Origin: Eledone cirrhosa
Taxonomy: Eukaryota
Direction: 5' to 3'
Length of the DNA stretch: 64,000 nucleotides
Assembly (NCBI GenBank): GCA_964016885.1
Contig: OZ024742.1
Span: 178,002,001 to 178,066,000, forward strand
Below the pieces are notes generated by a model that saw nothing but the letters and a program-made list of their open reading frames with translations, was not told the DNA's origin and ran no database searches. Shown here in pieces: positions 26,683 to 40,900 of the stretch (positions are counted from its first letter, which is position 1; every line of letters starts with the position of its first letter). The translations under genes and the position numbers were made by a program.

Positions 26683-27909
26683 ACCACCACCACCACCACC
26701 ACCACACATACACACATACACACACGTGACAATCTCGCTGCTGGACTTTGTAGATCAGAAAGAAAGAAAGACGCGAGGAGATGCATATCTGGATAAGCAA
26801 TTTGAGTGAAATTTTAGTTTGTACATTGTAATTTAGCCTCTAACTGAGCAAAACATATACAAGACGAAATAGTAAAACTAATCTAAAAAAACAATGAGAA
26901 TTATTTTATCATAATCAGTAGCGTATTGGCGTTCGCTTGCCAATACAAATATACATACATACGAGTATACATTCATACATACAAACGTAGACATACATAC
27001 ATACATACATACATACATACATACATACATACATACATACATACAAACATACACACATACATGCACACATACATACATGTGTATATACATGCATACATCC
27101 ATACTGGTAAAAATGTATAAAATTATAAAACCAAAACATACATACATACATACATAAATACACACATAGATATACACATACATACATATATACTTACATG
27201 CATACATAGGCATACACATATATATATATATATATACATATATATGTATGTGTGCGTGAGTATGTGTGTGTGTATTTATGTATACACATAAATCTGAACG
27301 CATTAGCGTTTTTCTTATTTCATTAAAACATTCTTTCTATGTATGGTGATATATTTGCTTTATATATTCATGTAAATATATGATATTAAACATAGAATGG
27401 TATAGGAGCACTAATTTTTGGAACTTATATAGTGGCTGCACGGATAACGAAGAAAAAGACGTGCCACAGCGATGGCCAAAAATTGACAGACTTTCTTTAT
27501 TAGCATCAGTATTGATAGGTTCTATTTTTTAATGCAGCCGAAATTATTGTCTCTCTTCTGAGATGATGTGTTGATTCTACAATGCATGCTGTATGTATTC
27601 GACTGTTCTAATATTGTGTTGAATAGGACTAACGGAATAACACTGAATGAAAAGCTGATAACTGAAGTTGGCTACAACGAGATTTCAACTGAGAACATAG
27701 TGTGCCAGAACAAATACGGATGCATTTAATCCGACTTATTCAATTTAAGAGATTACAAAACACAGTTATTTGAATGTAAAGAGCATTATGTCTCTAAATC
27801 TTTTCAGCTTCTCTATTTTTTTTTTTTTTTTTTTGTGGTTTTATTCGTATTTTTTCACTTGTAATATCATGAAAATGTCATTTTATATGAATACATACAA
27901 CGAGAAATT

Positions 27910-28240
27910 GACGCAGCATGGCCTAATGGTTTAAAAGTCAGCTTCACAATCATTTTCTCTTGGATTCGATTCCATTGCGTGATGTCTTGGTCAAATGTAA
28001 TTTACTATAGCCTCAGATCGACACATGCTTACGAATGAAACAAGATAGACGGAAAATATTTTAAGGCCGTCAGATGAGCTCTATCTGTGACACAGTGTTA
28101 TGCTAAATTCCCTTGGGAATATAGTTAGCCGTACACGTCTTTAGAATGCTTAGCCACTTAGACGGTAATTTCACCAGCAGGTTGTCCCATTGATCAAATG
28201 ACTGGAACGTTTATATTCGAAACCGACGGAGGTCCATTTC
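27910..28240 (+). mobile_element. tRNA-derived SINE, family B, diverged
   Basis: A-box TGGCCTAATGG and B-box GATTCGATTCC; body and tail shared with about 1305-1475, 15480-15770, 47285-47660 and 32040-32270 (minus). Confidence 0.55.
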
Positions 28241-30264
28241 AATAGTATGTAGCTTTCGATATATTCGTCTATACGTTTAGTGCAAATTTTATCAAGATGT
28301 TAGTATTAAATAATTTACACCTTTCATCCTTACGAGGTGGATAAAATAAAGTACCAGTAACGCACTGGAGTCGATTTAATCGACTTTTTCCACCCCAATT
28401 TCTTAGGCATTGTGCTTAAATGGGAAATCGTAATTGAATAACTTACAGTATGTTGTCTTATCTCTACACGGTCTGAGTGCAAATCTAATCAGGTCAACTT
28501 GACTTTCTTTTAATAGTTGACTGCATTCATCAATTTCAACAAATGATTGGTGATTATTTCATAAATCTAATTACTGGATTTAATTATCATGTTATTCTGC
28601 TTTTCACATGCATCATTCCAGATGTATATTTTCCTGAACCGTGAAGATTCAAATGATCCAATCTGCTTTACAATTCATTGATTTGTGCGTAACAATACTC
28701 ATCAAATACACTGCATTCACCTTAGAAGTATGTGAATATGTGGTTACATGCATGATTTATACATGTAGGAGTTGCATTAACTTTTAACAGATAATCCAAA
28801 ATTGAAGAAACGATGCATGTTTTATGGTTAATTAATGCTAACTGCGAAAGTACACAGAGCTATATAATTAATATGAAAAATATTCATGTTTGTTCTCCTT
28901 TGTGTTTACTTTCACAGATAATCAAATAAAAAATATGTATATATCTCTTCAACTTTAGAATTGCTTCAAAACATGTAATTTATTGCTGATGTTATTGAGA
29001 ATATAAAAAATATAACTCGTCTATTCCCGTAACAATAAGAACTTTGAAGCCATAAGGAAATTTCTAAGTGAATGCATTAACTGCTTGAATGAGTAGCTAA
29101 ATCTCTATCACATATCACCTTACTACTTTAAACAAAGGAAGCATGCATTGAATAATATAGTCCTAGATACACTCAGTTTGAAAACAAAATCAACACGGGT
29201 ATTCGTGGTTAGAATGAATTCTCTTTTACTTGTTAGATATGGAAGGTGGTGCAGTGGCAATAGACTTCCTGGGGCCTCCGAGACCTGAAAGTGTGGTATG
29301 TGCGGGGGGGGGGGGTACGACTAAGCTTACTGTTATTGGCGAAGAGACGGAAGGATTATCCAGCGAGATCATTTATTTTATTTTTATTATATATGTGTGT
29401 GCGTATATATATATATATATGTTTGTCTTTGTGTGTCTGTGTATATGTGTGTGTATGTTTTTGAATGCATATGAGCGTGTCTATGTATTATAATTTCAGA
29501 GTTCCATTTTGTTGTTAGTTAAACAAGATAATATCAGACGAATATGACTGTTGGAAATAATACCGTAGAGTTAGTTGATACAACCCAAGTGGTATATCGT
29601 TTCATAGGGTTCCAATTGGTTAAATCCGTGATGGCGGTTAATTAACTTCCGGCATGACCGCCATTTACATCCGGTATTTCAGTCTGGTTTGAATACTTTC
29701 TTGAAAATGGCTAATTAAATTATTTTTCAGGCCGATATTTCTATTAATTAATATGTTCGTTTTTTTTTTTGTTTTAAATTAAAAGTGAGATTATATTGAA
29801 GAGAATTTGTGTCGCTCAAAAGAAGTGTGTTGTTGATATATGTATGGTTAAATGCTGCTAGCGACCGAGATATTTTAAAGTTGACTTTCCAGAGACGCAC
29901 ATTACCTAAACAAAATTATCAGGGTGATACCCTATGACATGTCCGCCCCTCTTATTTAGGAGTAAATTCCATCTGTCGGATCTTTAACTAATTTCAAACT
30001 ACCAGGCAAACATCCACCCAAGAGCCCACGATGTGGGATCGAGTCTTGGCCCAATTATTACTGCGTCTACATTCGCTTGATTATTCTCTATTGAATTCAT
30101 AACTCCTGGTTAAGTCATAGGGGCTCCATAGTGTTATGCAGCGTTTCTTGGACCTTTTTTCAAACCTGACAGAGCCCATCCTATCCCCAGACCTGAAGGA
30201 GGGAGAGGCAGAGAAATAGAATGTACATAATATAGACGAAGAGATATAGAGAAAGAAATGACCC

Positions 30265-30400
30265 CTGTATTCGGACTGGTACTGTCTTTATCGACCTCGA
30301 AGGGATGAAAAGCAAAGTTGATCTCGGTGGCATTTGAAGTAAGGAACAAATTCTGCAAAGCATTCTATCCGACATTCTAACGACTTCTCCCATTCGCCAG
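30265..30400 (-). mobile_element. SINE family A, diverged
   Basis: CTGGTACT..TTTATCGACC.CGAAGGGATGAAAAGCAAAGTTGATCTCGG. Confidence 0.6.
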
Positions 30401-31159
30401 CTTATCGGCCTGATTATTCACCAACAAACTCACAACGCCAGACAAAATAGTGACTACTGCACATTATTGGTAGATTAGAAAAACAGCTTTATTTAGAATA
30501 TACTTTTTCATACCGGTGTACTCTTAAACAGCTTTGTTTGTAATGTCCACCAATATATATGGGTCTAAATTACCATAGTGGGCCTAAATTACCATTGTTG
30601 AACATACGGTTTGTTTGTTTTTTTTATTTGTAGACAGTAATGGCTTCCCTCGATCGTGTATGAATGGTTAGCATGAATATAAGAAATACAAATATATTTA
30701 TCCGCCTTGTAGTTGTAATGTTTCTATATTTAAAGTGACATACTGGTGTTTTTATATAGAACACTGCGAATAAAAGATTATAAATGGAAGCAGAATGTTT
30801 GTAATATATCAAACAGATTACCATTTGAGGAGACGAGAGCTAAGAGTGCATATTACTGATATAAATAACATCACTGGCCATATATATATATATATATATA
30901 CAGAGAGAGGGAAAAAATAAAAAATAAAGTTATGCCCAAGCATAAATCAAACGAGGTGAAAAAACACTGTCCTAAGATAACAATATTTATTTTATATGGA
31001 CGCTGATTCTATTATAATAAAACAGTTAAATTGAGTTCAAATGTACCTATAATGTTTAAATATTATTTACTTCATGTCAAAATATATCGAAGAGAACTAA
31101 AATAAATGACATAGAAAATGTTGGCCGCACTCATCACATTCTTTTTCTCAGACATAGTC

Positions 31160-31620
31160 TCTTCTTCTTCTTCTTCTTCTTCTTCTTCTTCTTCTTCTTC
31201 TTCTTCTTCTTCTTCTTCTTCTTCTTCTTCTTCTTCGTTTGCATTCGGGATAGTATTCTTTAGGGGGTTACCCAAGGTTCATGACCATAGGTAAGGGTTG
31301 AAACAAATACCGAATTGAAGATAGTGGGTTTGGCTTTTACACAGCCCTCCCTTTTTCTGATTACTGAATGCTGAAGCTGGCGCATTACTGCACCAGCTCC
31401 TGCACTTTTTGCACTTAATTCGGCCTCCTGTTTCCCATCATTCGTGAACGCGGCCCCCAAAAGTCTCCGCCTGCTTCAGTCGAACTCCAATCACATGTAG
31501 AAGCGCTGATTTTCATTCCAGTCATTCAGCACTCGACATCAATCCTATTGAGTGCAAGTCGAAGATCACCTTCTGTCAATTTAAGTAACACCATGTTGTC
31601 TACAAATTCCAACCGACGTG
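31160..31620 (-). mobile_element. RTE-clade (Rex3/Expander-like) RT fragment next to a (GAA)n tract
   Basis: EFVDNMVLL (a YADD equivalent) and GAAFTNDGKQEAELS...AGAVMRQL..SVIRKRE...KAK..IFNSVFV.TLTYGHEPW. Confidence 0.7.
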
Positions 31621-31943
31621 TGTGTTTAGCCATAAATTATTCTTTTTGTTCTGATTATTCTAAGATTGTAGGGTTGTCTTACCAGTCTACGATGATTGTG
31701 TAGAATGACTTCAAAGATGATTCGATAGCTTGAATTGTATTGCGAGTAGTGAAGGAATTTGGTATATTAACCCTAACACGATTACGTTATTTATACACTG
31801 GGTAATTGCTGGCCTTGTGCCTAACGTAGAAACAGTTATTTATATGTAAAAAGTACTTTTTTAATTATCAGGTCTCTGGGTTCTTTTAAAGATAACAAGT
31901 TTGTTTCAGAAATACACACACACTCACACACACACACACACAT

Positions 31944-31981
<38 letters not shown>

Positions 31982-32818
31982 GTGTGTATGTGTGTGTGTG
32001 TGTGTGTGTGTCAGTACGCGCCCTCGTGTTTCTCGGCAAATACATACCTAAGAGTGTTTAGCGAACCCCCATCCATTTTGAAGATCAGTGTTCCACTTCT
32101 TCGAACAACCAGCTCCTGAAATGTACGTTTATGGGAATTAGTATTCTACAGATACTTCACGTAATTCTCAGGGAGATTCCGTGTTACGCAATCAGTGAAA
32201 AGAAGTCTGCCCCTTTGAATTAGAACAATCAATTCAGCGGGCTTCCCAATCGTTTCAGTCAACCCAAATTTCCGCACAGGTCAAAATAAACCCTGGCCTG
32301 TGAAAACCGATTTCTTCCAGAAATGAAGCGCTAAAGAGGTATAGAGGAAAGACTGACATAAGTACTGAACTGATACTTTTTTTTTTAGACCCTAAACGGA
32401 TAAAAGGCAAAGCTAAGCTCGACAATCTTTCACGTCAGCTAACCAGAACATATACGAGAAAGTATTCTATCCGACATTCTTTCGAAACTGCAAATTAGCC
32501 AGACGTTTGCCCAACCGCTAATGATATATAAATATATAATTCTAAATGTATATCAAGACATCCAAAGTCATAAAAAAGGAGATGCCTTCCCATAAATTAA
32601 TAACAAATTGAAACCAGAATTGTATTTCTCAACAGATGTTAAAGATACCGTCGAAAATATATTTTGAAACGTTTATTACACCTTTGATGATCCAAGAAAT
32701 ACTAAATAGGTATGCAAATGATATATGTACACATACACACACTGAAACACACACACAGGCGCGCGCGCATATATATATATGTGGTGGGGGGGTATATATA
32801 TATATATGTGTGTGTGTG

Positions 32819-32867
<49 letters not shown>

Positions 32868-32899
32868 GCCTGTGTGTGTGTGTATGTATATATATATAC

Positions 32900-32981
<82 letters not shown>

Positions 32982-33271
32982 GTGTGCATGTGTGTGTGTG
33001 TAATTAGAATTTAGCTTCGAACATAGGTGTATACAAATACGTATTTGAATTTCGCATTTCTAAAGAAATACGGTATGTTTATAAATAAATATTCTGAAAG
33101 CCATAGCTATGAATAACACTGGCAGCCAACGCTGCCGAGCGATGTTCGACAGAAGCAAGGGGGACAACCGTTGATGCATTTCGAACTCAACTGCTTCTCG
33201 ACAGGAGATCTCTCCCGCTCTTGCAACTGCCAGTCTTTGAAAGAGGCGAAAACATAGATTTTTTGACTGTG

Positions 33272-33326
<55 letters not shown>

Positions 33327-34104
33327 CATAACAAGCTATTTTTGCGAGCAATGAACCTTGACGTGGATTTAACCCCAAAAACTCTCTCCGAGCAATGTAA
33401 GGAACACTTTTGATTATTTATGCCCTTGAGAAGCCCAACTGGGCGAAACGTGACGGGTCAACAAGTGAGGGGCCAAAATACTAAAGAAACTACCACTAAA
33501 TAATAAATAAAGGTTTGTACCCCAGGCACAAGGCCAGCAACCACCCAGTGCAAAAAAATAAACTAATACGAAATAATAATTCAGAATCCCGAAAAAGAAT
33601 ACTAATACTATCTCTTAGGGTGCCGCCACGATACAAAAATTCTAGTGCAAACTACATAAATGCTCGTACGAAGTATATGTAAAATTTGATACGGAAAATT
33701 AATTCAGAATCCCCCCCCCCCAAAAAAAAAATACTGATATACAAGAAATTAAAGCAAAGATACCACTAAGAAATGTAGAAAGCACAGAAAAGGGGCAGCC
33801 ATCGGATAAGAAGGCAATTATCCGGGGTCTATCACATCTGCTATAAAAAGCGGAGTCGACCAAATCTATCATAGAATAGGGGAAGGGGGTGGGGGTACTG
33901 AGGCTACAAAGGAACGAGGGGCTGCCTCGGGTGGGCGAGAAAATGAAAAGGACGACGACAAAGAAAGAGGACTGGGGTGGAAGGACTAGAGAGGGATGGG
34001 AGGAAGAAGGAAATATAGAGGAAGCGATAAAAAGACATAAAAGAAGATCTTACGTCTACCTTTGCAAGCGGGGGTTACCCGTTACAAAATCGGCAAGTGG
34101 GGTG

Positions 34105-34635
34105 TTATAGCCCTAGTCTACCCACCCACCCACCCCCCGGGTCATTATGGGGTTTGAGGGCGAGGTAAGTCCTGCGCAATCTGTGTTTACATGCAGTAAC
34201 CAGTTCATCTTTCTTGTTTAGTAGTTGGTCCGTCGAAAACAGCATTTGTAAAGTTTCCTCCGAGCATAAATTGCACGGACGGCGTCCTCCCGTGTAAGAG
34301 TTGGCTCTGAACAGCAAGCTCCAAGTGAGATCATAGGTAATGTTGTTATCCTTGAGATCCCATATGTGGCCAGAAAGTGTAGTGGCATGATGCCGGGCCG
34401 GGTTTCGGAAGGTATGTCTGTGTTGGTATAGCCGGGTCTTGAAGTCACATGCGGTTAATCCTATATAAGCTTTGTTGGAGGTGTCCGTCCTCACGTTGCA
34501 CTGGTAGATCACATTACGATCTCTGCATCTGTTGTCGAGGGGGCAAATGGATCCATCAAGACAGTTGCACCTCCTGTTCGGCTCTCCACTGCTATTTAGG
34601 TTATTTCTTCCATAGGGGTTGAGTTTTTTGTTGTT
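34105..34635 (-). pseudogene. Penelope GIY-YIG endonuclease domain, 5'-truncated
   Basis: CNC....CPL...C..RNVIYQC.V......AYIGLT..DFKTRLYQH...F........T.LS.HIW.LK......TW..L.....Y......CNLC..E...M......LLNKKDEL...CKH. Confidence 0.9.
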
Positions 34636-35278
34636 AGTTTGCACTAGAATTTTTGTATCGAGATAGTATTAGTATTCTTTTTCGGGATTCTGAATTATTA
34701 TTTCGTATTAGTTTGTTTTTTTTTGCACTGGGTGGTTGCTGGCCTTGTGCCTGGGGTAGAAACCTTTATTTATTATTTCGTGGTAGTTTCTTTAGTATTT
34801 TGGCCCCTCACTTGTTGACCCGTCACCGTAAGATATACTCGGTTTATTACTTATACCTCTTAAAAGGGTCTCATTATAATTCCGTCCCACCTAGTAAACC
34901 TTTCTTTAGCCTAGCAGTACAAGTGAGAGACTTCATAGCTGTCCTTAGGTCGTAGTAAACAGAAATTGTTTTGTTTTTTTTACATTTAATTGCTTTTTAA
35001 CACTCTTGGTATTTTTCTATATATTTACCCCATATTGTTTTACTTATTGTTTCGACTTCCTCCCAATCCCCCTCCCTAGTATCTTCTTTGACCTCATGCC
35101 CAGTTGTAGTCGGCACTATCAACGCATGACTGGGTCTCCTCCACCCCTCTCCCTCTATCTCCTACTGGCAGGTTCAGCTACCCTTTCCCTCCACAAATTG
35201 CCATGATAGAGTTATTATGTCTCAACAACAAACGTTTGACCAATCCTTGTGACAATCACTTTTACCATATATGGAATT

Positions 35279-35374
35279 ACCCCTTGAGAAGCTCGGCTAT
35301 TCAAATACCAGGATAAAAATGTTCATTTAGTCCAGAATTAGCCGTCGAAACGGCTTGAGCTCAGCCGTCGGGGT
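35279..35374 (+). ncRNA. Type I hammerhead ribozyme, U3-A8 core, in a Penelope pLTR
   Basis: ACCCC - TTGAGAA - G..CGGCTA.TTC...GAA.TAGCCG.C - GAAAC - GGCT(T)GAGCTCAGCC - GTC - GGGGT; predicted cleavage after 35369. Confidence 0.8.
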
Positions 35375-35465
35375 CCTACTCGTTCCTATTACCCACTCTA
35401 CTACCCTAAGTATTGAGTACTTTGGTGCGTTATGGTCCACCTGGTACCTTACCACATTTCCTCCG

Positions 35466-35515
<50 letters not shown>

Positions 35516-36052
35516 ATATATATATATGTATATACACACATATATATATATACACACACATATTATATATATATATATATTGTGGGGGGAAGTGAATGTC
35601 TATGAGGCGCATATGGGTACGGATATACGTGTGTGTGTGTTTCGTTTCAGTAATTCCTGCTTGTTGATCTAAGGAATCAACTTACAATGGCATTATCAAT
35701 CATAAGCACACTACCCCATAGGTATTCATAAAAGTATTACGAATATGGTATCAGACGGAATTTTAATATTAAGTTAGAATAAGTGATAGTTTTACCTTTA
35801 TACATCAGACTATTGCCTTACATCACACCCATTATACACATCTCACATAAACCGCTTCAACAAAATCACTTCAGCAGTGGGCATATCAAAAACCAAAAAC
35901 AAAAACATTGTTTACATTTTCAACATCCGTCTAACGACAACGCATTAAATATCTATTATATAACATTGTAATGCATTTTAAATGACGTTTATAATGGGTG
36001 TGATGTAAGAAAATGAACTGAGGTGGAAAATGTAAAAACTTCTCTTCGTATT

Positions 36053-36175
<123 letters not shown>

Positions 36176-36313
36176 AGAGTGAAAGAGAGAGAGTTTGTGG
36201 TGCTTTGATCGAGGAGACCACTAATCATGTGAGTTGAGTACTCGAGACATTGGGACATGTAGAGTGGGTATAGGAATATGTAAAATTGGGATTTTACATA
36301 TCTATATATATAT

Positions 36314-36498
36314 AATTGTTTCTACTTTTGGCACAAAGCCAGCAATTATTCCAGTACATTACTGGTATTTATTTTATCGACGCCTTAGGGATGAAAGGCA
36401 AACTTAACCTCGGCATAATTTTCACTCAGATCCTAAAGGGCCGCAACTCCATGCTGCAAAGCATGGCGTCCGACCCTCTACCGATACTGCCAACCCAC
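36314..36498 (-). mobile_element. SINE family A
   Basis: Full-length match to the family consensus. Confidence 0.8.
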
Positions 36499-36722
36499 CA
36501 CCCTATATCCATATATATATATATAATATTGAAGCGAAGTCATCGGAAGAACCGATGTACCTCCAACCGTTTTCTCACTCACTCAATGCTTTAATTAATT
36601 CAGCATCATTAAGATACCAATCAAAAAGGAAAGCAGAGTGCACACTTATATGTTAAGTAGTGAGAGAAACGATTTTGTGTGGGAAGAGAGAGAGATAGAG
36701 ATAGAGATAGATACATATATAT

Positions 36723-36799
<77 letters not shown>

Positions 36800-37014
36800 T
36801 AAACACATATATACATACATAAACACATACATACTTACACATAAGCATACAGAGAAGTACATACATACACATATGTCTATAAATAAAGGCATCCAGTATC
36901 ATATTTCTTTGACTCAACAATAAAAAGGAAACTGCCACAAAATAAAAATAATGGTTTGTCAATTTTGTGCCTTGTGTCTCCGAGCGTACGCATACACACA
37001 TATAAATATTTTAA

Positions 37015-37647
37015 TATACATACATGCATACATACATGGTGGCTGCCAACTCGTTTTCGAGTACGGCCGCTACTTTATATCCATGTAGGAGAACCCCTAC
37101 CGATGCGTTGAACGAGTGTGACTTTTTAGTCCAGCCAGCGACTTGAAAACTCTGGTACAAACACTACACGTGTGACAATTATTGACACATAGTGCTGGGC
37201 CCATGGTACCATGTGACGACAAGTGCAGAGAGATCTCCAGATATAAAGCAATGCCTGTGCCGTGAAGCTTTTATAGTGAGCAAAGGCACTGCACAAAGCC
37301 AGTCCCACTCTCTTAACCAAGATGATATTTACCAAAAAGAAGAAGTCAACATCAATGGATACCATCAGGGTTGCAGGTGTTATATCAGAGTTTTCGTTCT
37401 CCTAGAATTCTGCCTTGACAAAGGCTAAGGGGTCATCTCTCCCGGTGATTTTGGATGGCCATTGACTCTTAAGAGCTCCTTTGCCCTTTTGACAGGTTTT
37501 GTTTTTAGTCCTGCAGGATGTCCAAAGTCACCCTCCTCACCAAGAGAACTTGGTGGGGTTGCCAGTTTAGTCGCCAACGACCCGACCATGAGACAGGTTG
37601 TACTGGGATACATGTTACCAGTAGCACCAACTGGTGACCTGACATAT
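37015..37647 (-). mobile_element. Non-autonomous bipartite RTE derivative (5' UTR fused to 3' end plus (TATG)n tail)
   Basis: 37240-37460 is homologous to the RTE 5' UTR at 41825-42050, including GGCAG..TTCTAGGAGAA.GAAAACTCTGA. 37035-37070 is homologous to the RTE 3' end at 37781-37820. Confidence 0.65.
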
Positions 37648-37764
37648 GCATACATACATACATACATACATACATACATACATACATAACTACACACATA
37701 CAATCATATGCACATTCATACATGCATGCATACATACCTACATACACACATGCATACATTCATA

Positions 37765-37929
37765 CATACATACATACATACATGATGGCTGCCCCCTCGT
37801 TATCGAGTATGGCCATTGCACCAGGAAAAGAAAAAAAAAAAATAATAATAATAAATAAATAAAAGGAAAATAAAAATTTAATAAAAAAAAGAAATATATA
37901 TATATATATTTACATATACATACACATAT

Positions 37930-37986
<57 letters not shown>

Positions 37987-40900
37987 CACACACACATACA
38001 TTAATAACAATAATAATAATAATAATAACGACAATAATAATAACGACAACAACAATAATAATATATTTCGTTTCTGAATTTGTTATTGGCAACATGACCC
38101 TCCCAAAGTATAACAATAATAATATACATATACATATATATATACACACACACACACACACATACGCATATCTACACACACACACACACGATAGCAACTA
38201 ACAGCGCTGCGATCGAGTGTGGCTTTTTAGCCCAGCCAATGATCTAAAATGTCTTGCACAGAGTCGGCAACCAAAACATTCACTGGGAATAGTCGGCTGT
38301 GGTTGGAGTTCGTGTACTTTTGCATGTCGCTTGAGCCCTCCTGCTGATTTACATTCTCTACCACATGTTTGGCAAGCATGATGAGTAGCATCTCCAACAG
38401 CAGCCTGGTAGTCAACCACTGGTCTTACTTTATGACTGCGAAGATGACTTTCGAGTCCAGCTTTGCTTAGGCAGAGTCTCGCACATACGCTGTATGTCAG
38501 CACCATAGGAGGACCCTCGCCGTCTGGAAGTGCAACAGCAATGCCCTTCCTCACATCCCGCTTTACTTTCTCGTATACGATTCGAGATGCCTCAAAGGCA
38601 ACTTTCCCCTCATCTCCATTTATTACGATCATCAGCAATATTCTCCCATGTATCAGCAGAGATGTTAGCGTCTTTCAGAGAGGCTTTCAAGGAATCCTTA
38701 TACCTCTTTTTTGGTTTATGTGGCGGTCGTTTTCCTTTAACCAACTCTCCATAAAAGAGTTGTTTTGGTATTCTTGAATGCTTCATCCTGGCAAGGTGAC
38801 CACTCCAACGGAGTCGTTGCTTAAGCACAAGAGCTTCTATACTGTCACACATAGAGCTTTCCAAAATCTCGACATCACTGATGTGGTCCCTCCAGTGAAC
38901 GCCATGGATCCGTCTGAGACACATCTGATGGAAACGCTCCAATTGCTTAAGGTGGTGTCGATATGTGACCCAGGTCTTGCAGGCATAAAGAAGACAAGAG
39001 AGCACACATGCCCTGTACACCTTTACCTTTGTCCTCCTGCATATGTCTCGCCGACCCCAGAGTCGCCTTTCTAGCTTTCCGAAAGCATCACTTGCTTTCC
39101 TAATCCTAAGTGAGATTTCACTGTCAAAGTTGCTGTATCAATTGACAGTGCTTCCCAGGTAGACAAACTGATCAACCACTCCAAGTCGTTTGCCATACAC
39201 ATAGATGTTTGGTTCAGTGTACTGCTTACCAGGGGCAGGTTGGTACATGACGACGGTTTTCTTGAGACTGACAGTCAGACCTAGGGCAGTGCAAGCGTCA
39301 GAAAATGCATTCAAAATGTGCTGCATATCACTCTCTGTGTGCGCTACAAGATCGCAATCATCTGCATACAAGAGGTCTCTTATGATTGATGTAAACACTT
39401 TTGTCTTCGCAGCAAAGCCCCTGATGTTAAATATGCTGCCTAAGGTTCGATATCGGATGTAAACACCATGCTCGCAATTCCTGAATGCAATACAGAAAAC
39501 CATTGCAAAGTATATGGCAAACAGGGTCGGTGCTGGAATATCCCCCTGCTTCACTCCATTTTTTACTGAGATAGGCTCCGACATGTTACCCCCCCAATTT
39601 AACCCAAGCCTTCATGTCGTCATGGAAAGACCTAACTAAAGCAAGGAACTTATCAGGGCAACCAAGTTTCTGGAGAACCTTCCATAATGCATCTCTGTTA
39701 ACAGTATCGAAAGCTTTTGTCAGATCGACAAAAACCTGATACAGATCCAAGCCTTGTTCCATGCACTTCTCCTGGAGCTGTCTAGCTGAGAAGATCATAT
39801 CAGTAGTGCCGCGTCCAGCACGAAACCAGATTGACTTTCAGGAAGAACACAATCTGCAATGTGTGTCAGCAGACGGTCCAGAAGCACCCTACATAAAACT
39901 TTCCCTACGACAGAAAGCAATGATATACCTCTGTAGTTCCCACAATCGTTCCTGTTACCCTTTCCCTTGTACAAGACCACCATTACTGCATCTCTCCAGT
40001 CCTCAGGTACGGATTCATTAGCCCATATCCTGCCAAACAAAGAGTGAAGATGTTGCAGGAGTCTCTCACCACCATATTGTAGGATCTCAGCATGTATGCC
40101 TCCATACCTGGAGATCTTCCACTGTTCAGCTTCGAAATAGCCACTGCAACCTCCACAAGCGTCGGAGGTTCTGCGAGAGCTACTTTCACAGGACTTTCTG
40201 GAATGAGATTGAGGAAATCTTCACTGACGACAGACGGCTGATTCAAAAGATCATCAAAGTGCTCTCGCCACCTTCGTAGAATTCCTTGTGAGTCACGAAG
40301 AAGTTCTTTGCCATCCTTGCTGCGAAGCGGTGTCACCAGAGAAGAAGACGGTCCATAAACCTCACGCAAGAGACTGTACAACAGCTTTGTGTTATTGGAA
40401 TCAGACGCAGTTTGTATCTCACCAGCCTTCTCACTCCACCACTGATCCTTCATCTGAGAAAGACTCCGCCTAACACGTGATTTTACATCCCTGAGTTCCT
40501 CGTGCAACGTATTCCTCTCCTGTGGTTTTGCCGTCAAGTAGCGTGACAGAGCACGCCTCTTATCAGCCAACAAGTCTTCTATATGTACATCATTCTCATC
40601 AAACCAGTCCTGATGTTTCCTCTGCGCCAATCCCAGAACACGCCTGCCTACATCATAAACCGACTTTTTAAGGGTCGGCCAATCCTCACCAATATCTGCA
40701 GCCTGCATCTCTTCTTCCAATGTCCTCTTCACGTTTTTATCCTTAAGACGAGCAGCATTCAATCTTTTAGACAGGGAAACACCAGGAGCCCGGATTTTAC
40801 GTTTAGTGATTAGTTTCACTTTTGCGCGTACCAGGCGGTGGTCCGTCCAGCACTCAGCTCTACGAAGAACACGAACACACTGCACATCCTGTCTGTCACG

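Larger units (their letters stand above)
33450..35468. mobile_element. Penelope-like element: minus-strand GIY-YIG 3' end joined back-to-back to a plus-strand pseudo-LTR
   Basis: GIY-YIG ORF at 34105-34635; inverted repeat 33450-33655 versus 34636-34826; HHR at 35279-35374; ends in (TA)n; homologous to 61217-62088. Confidence 0.85.
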
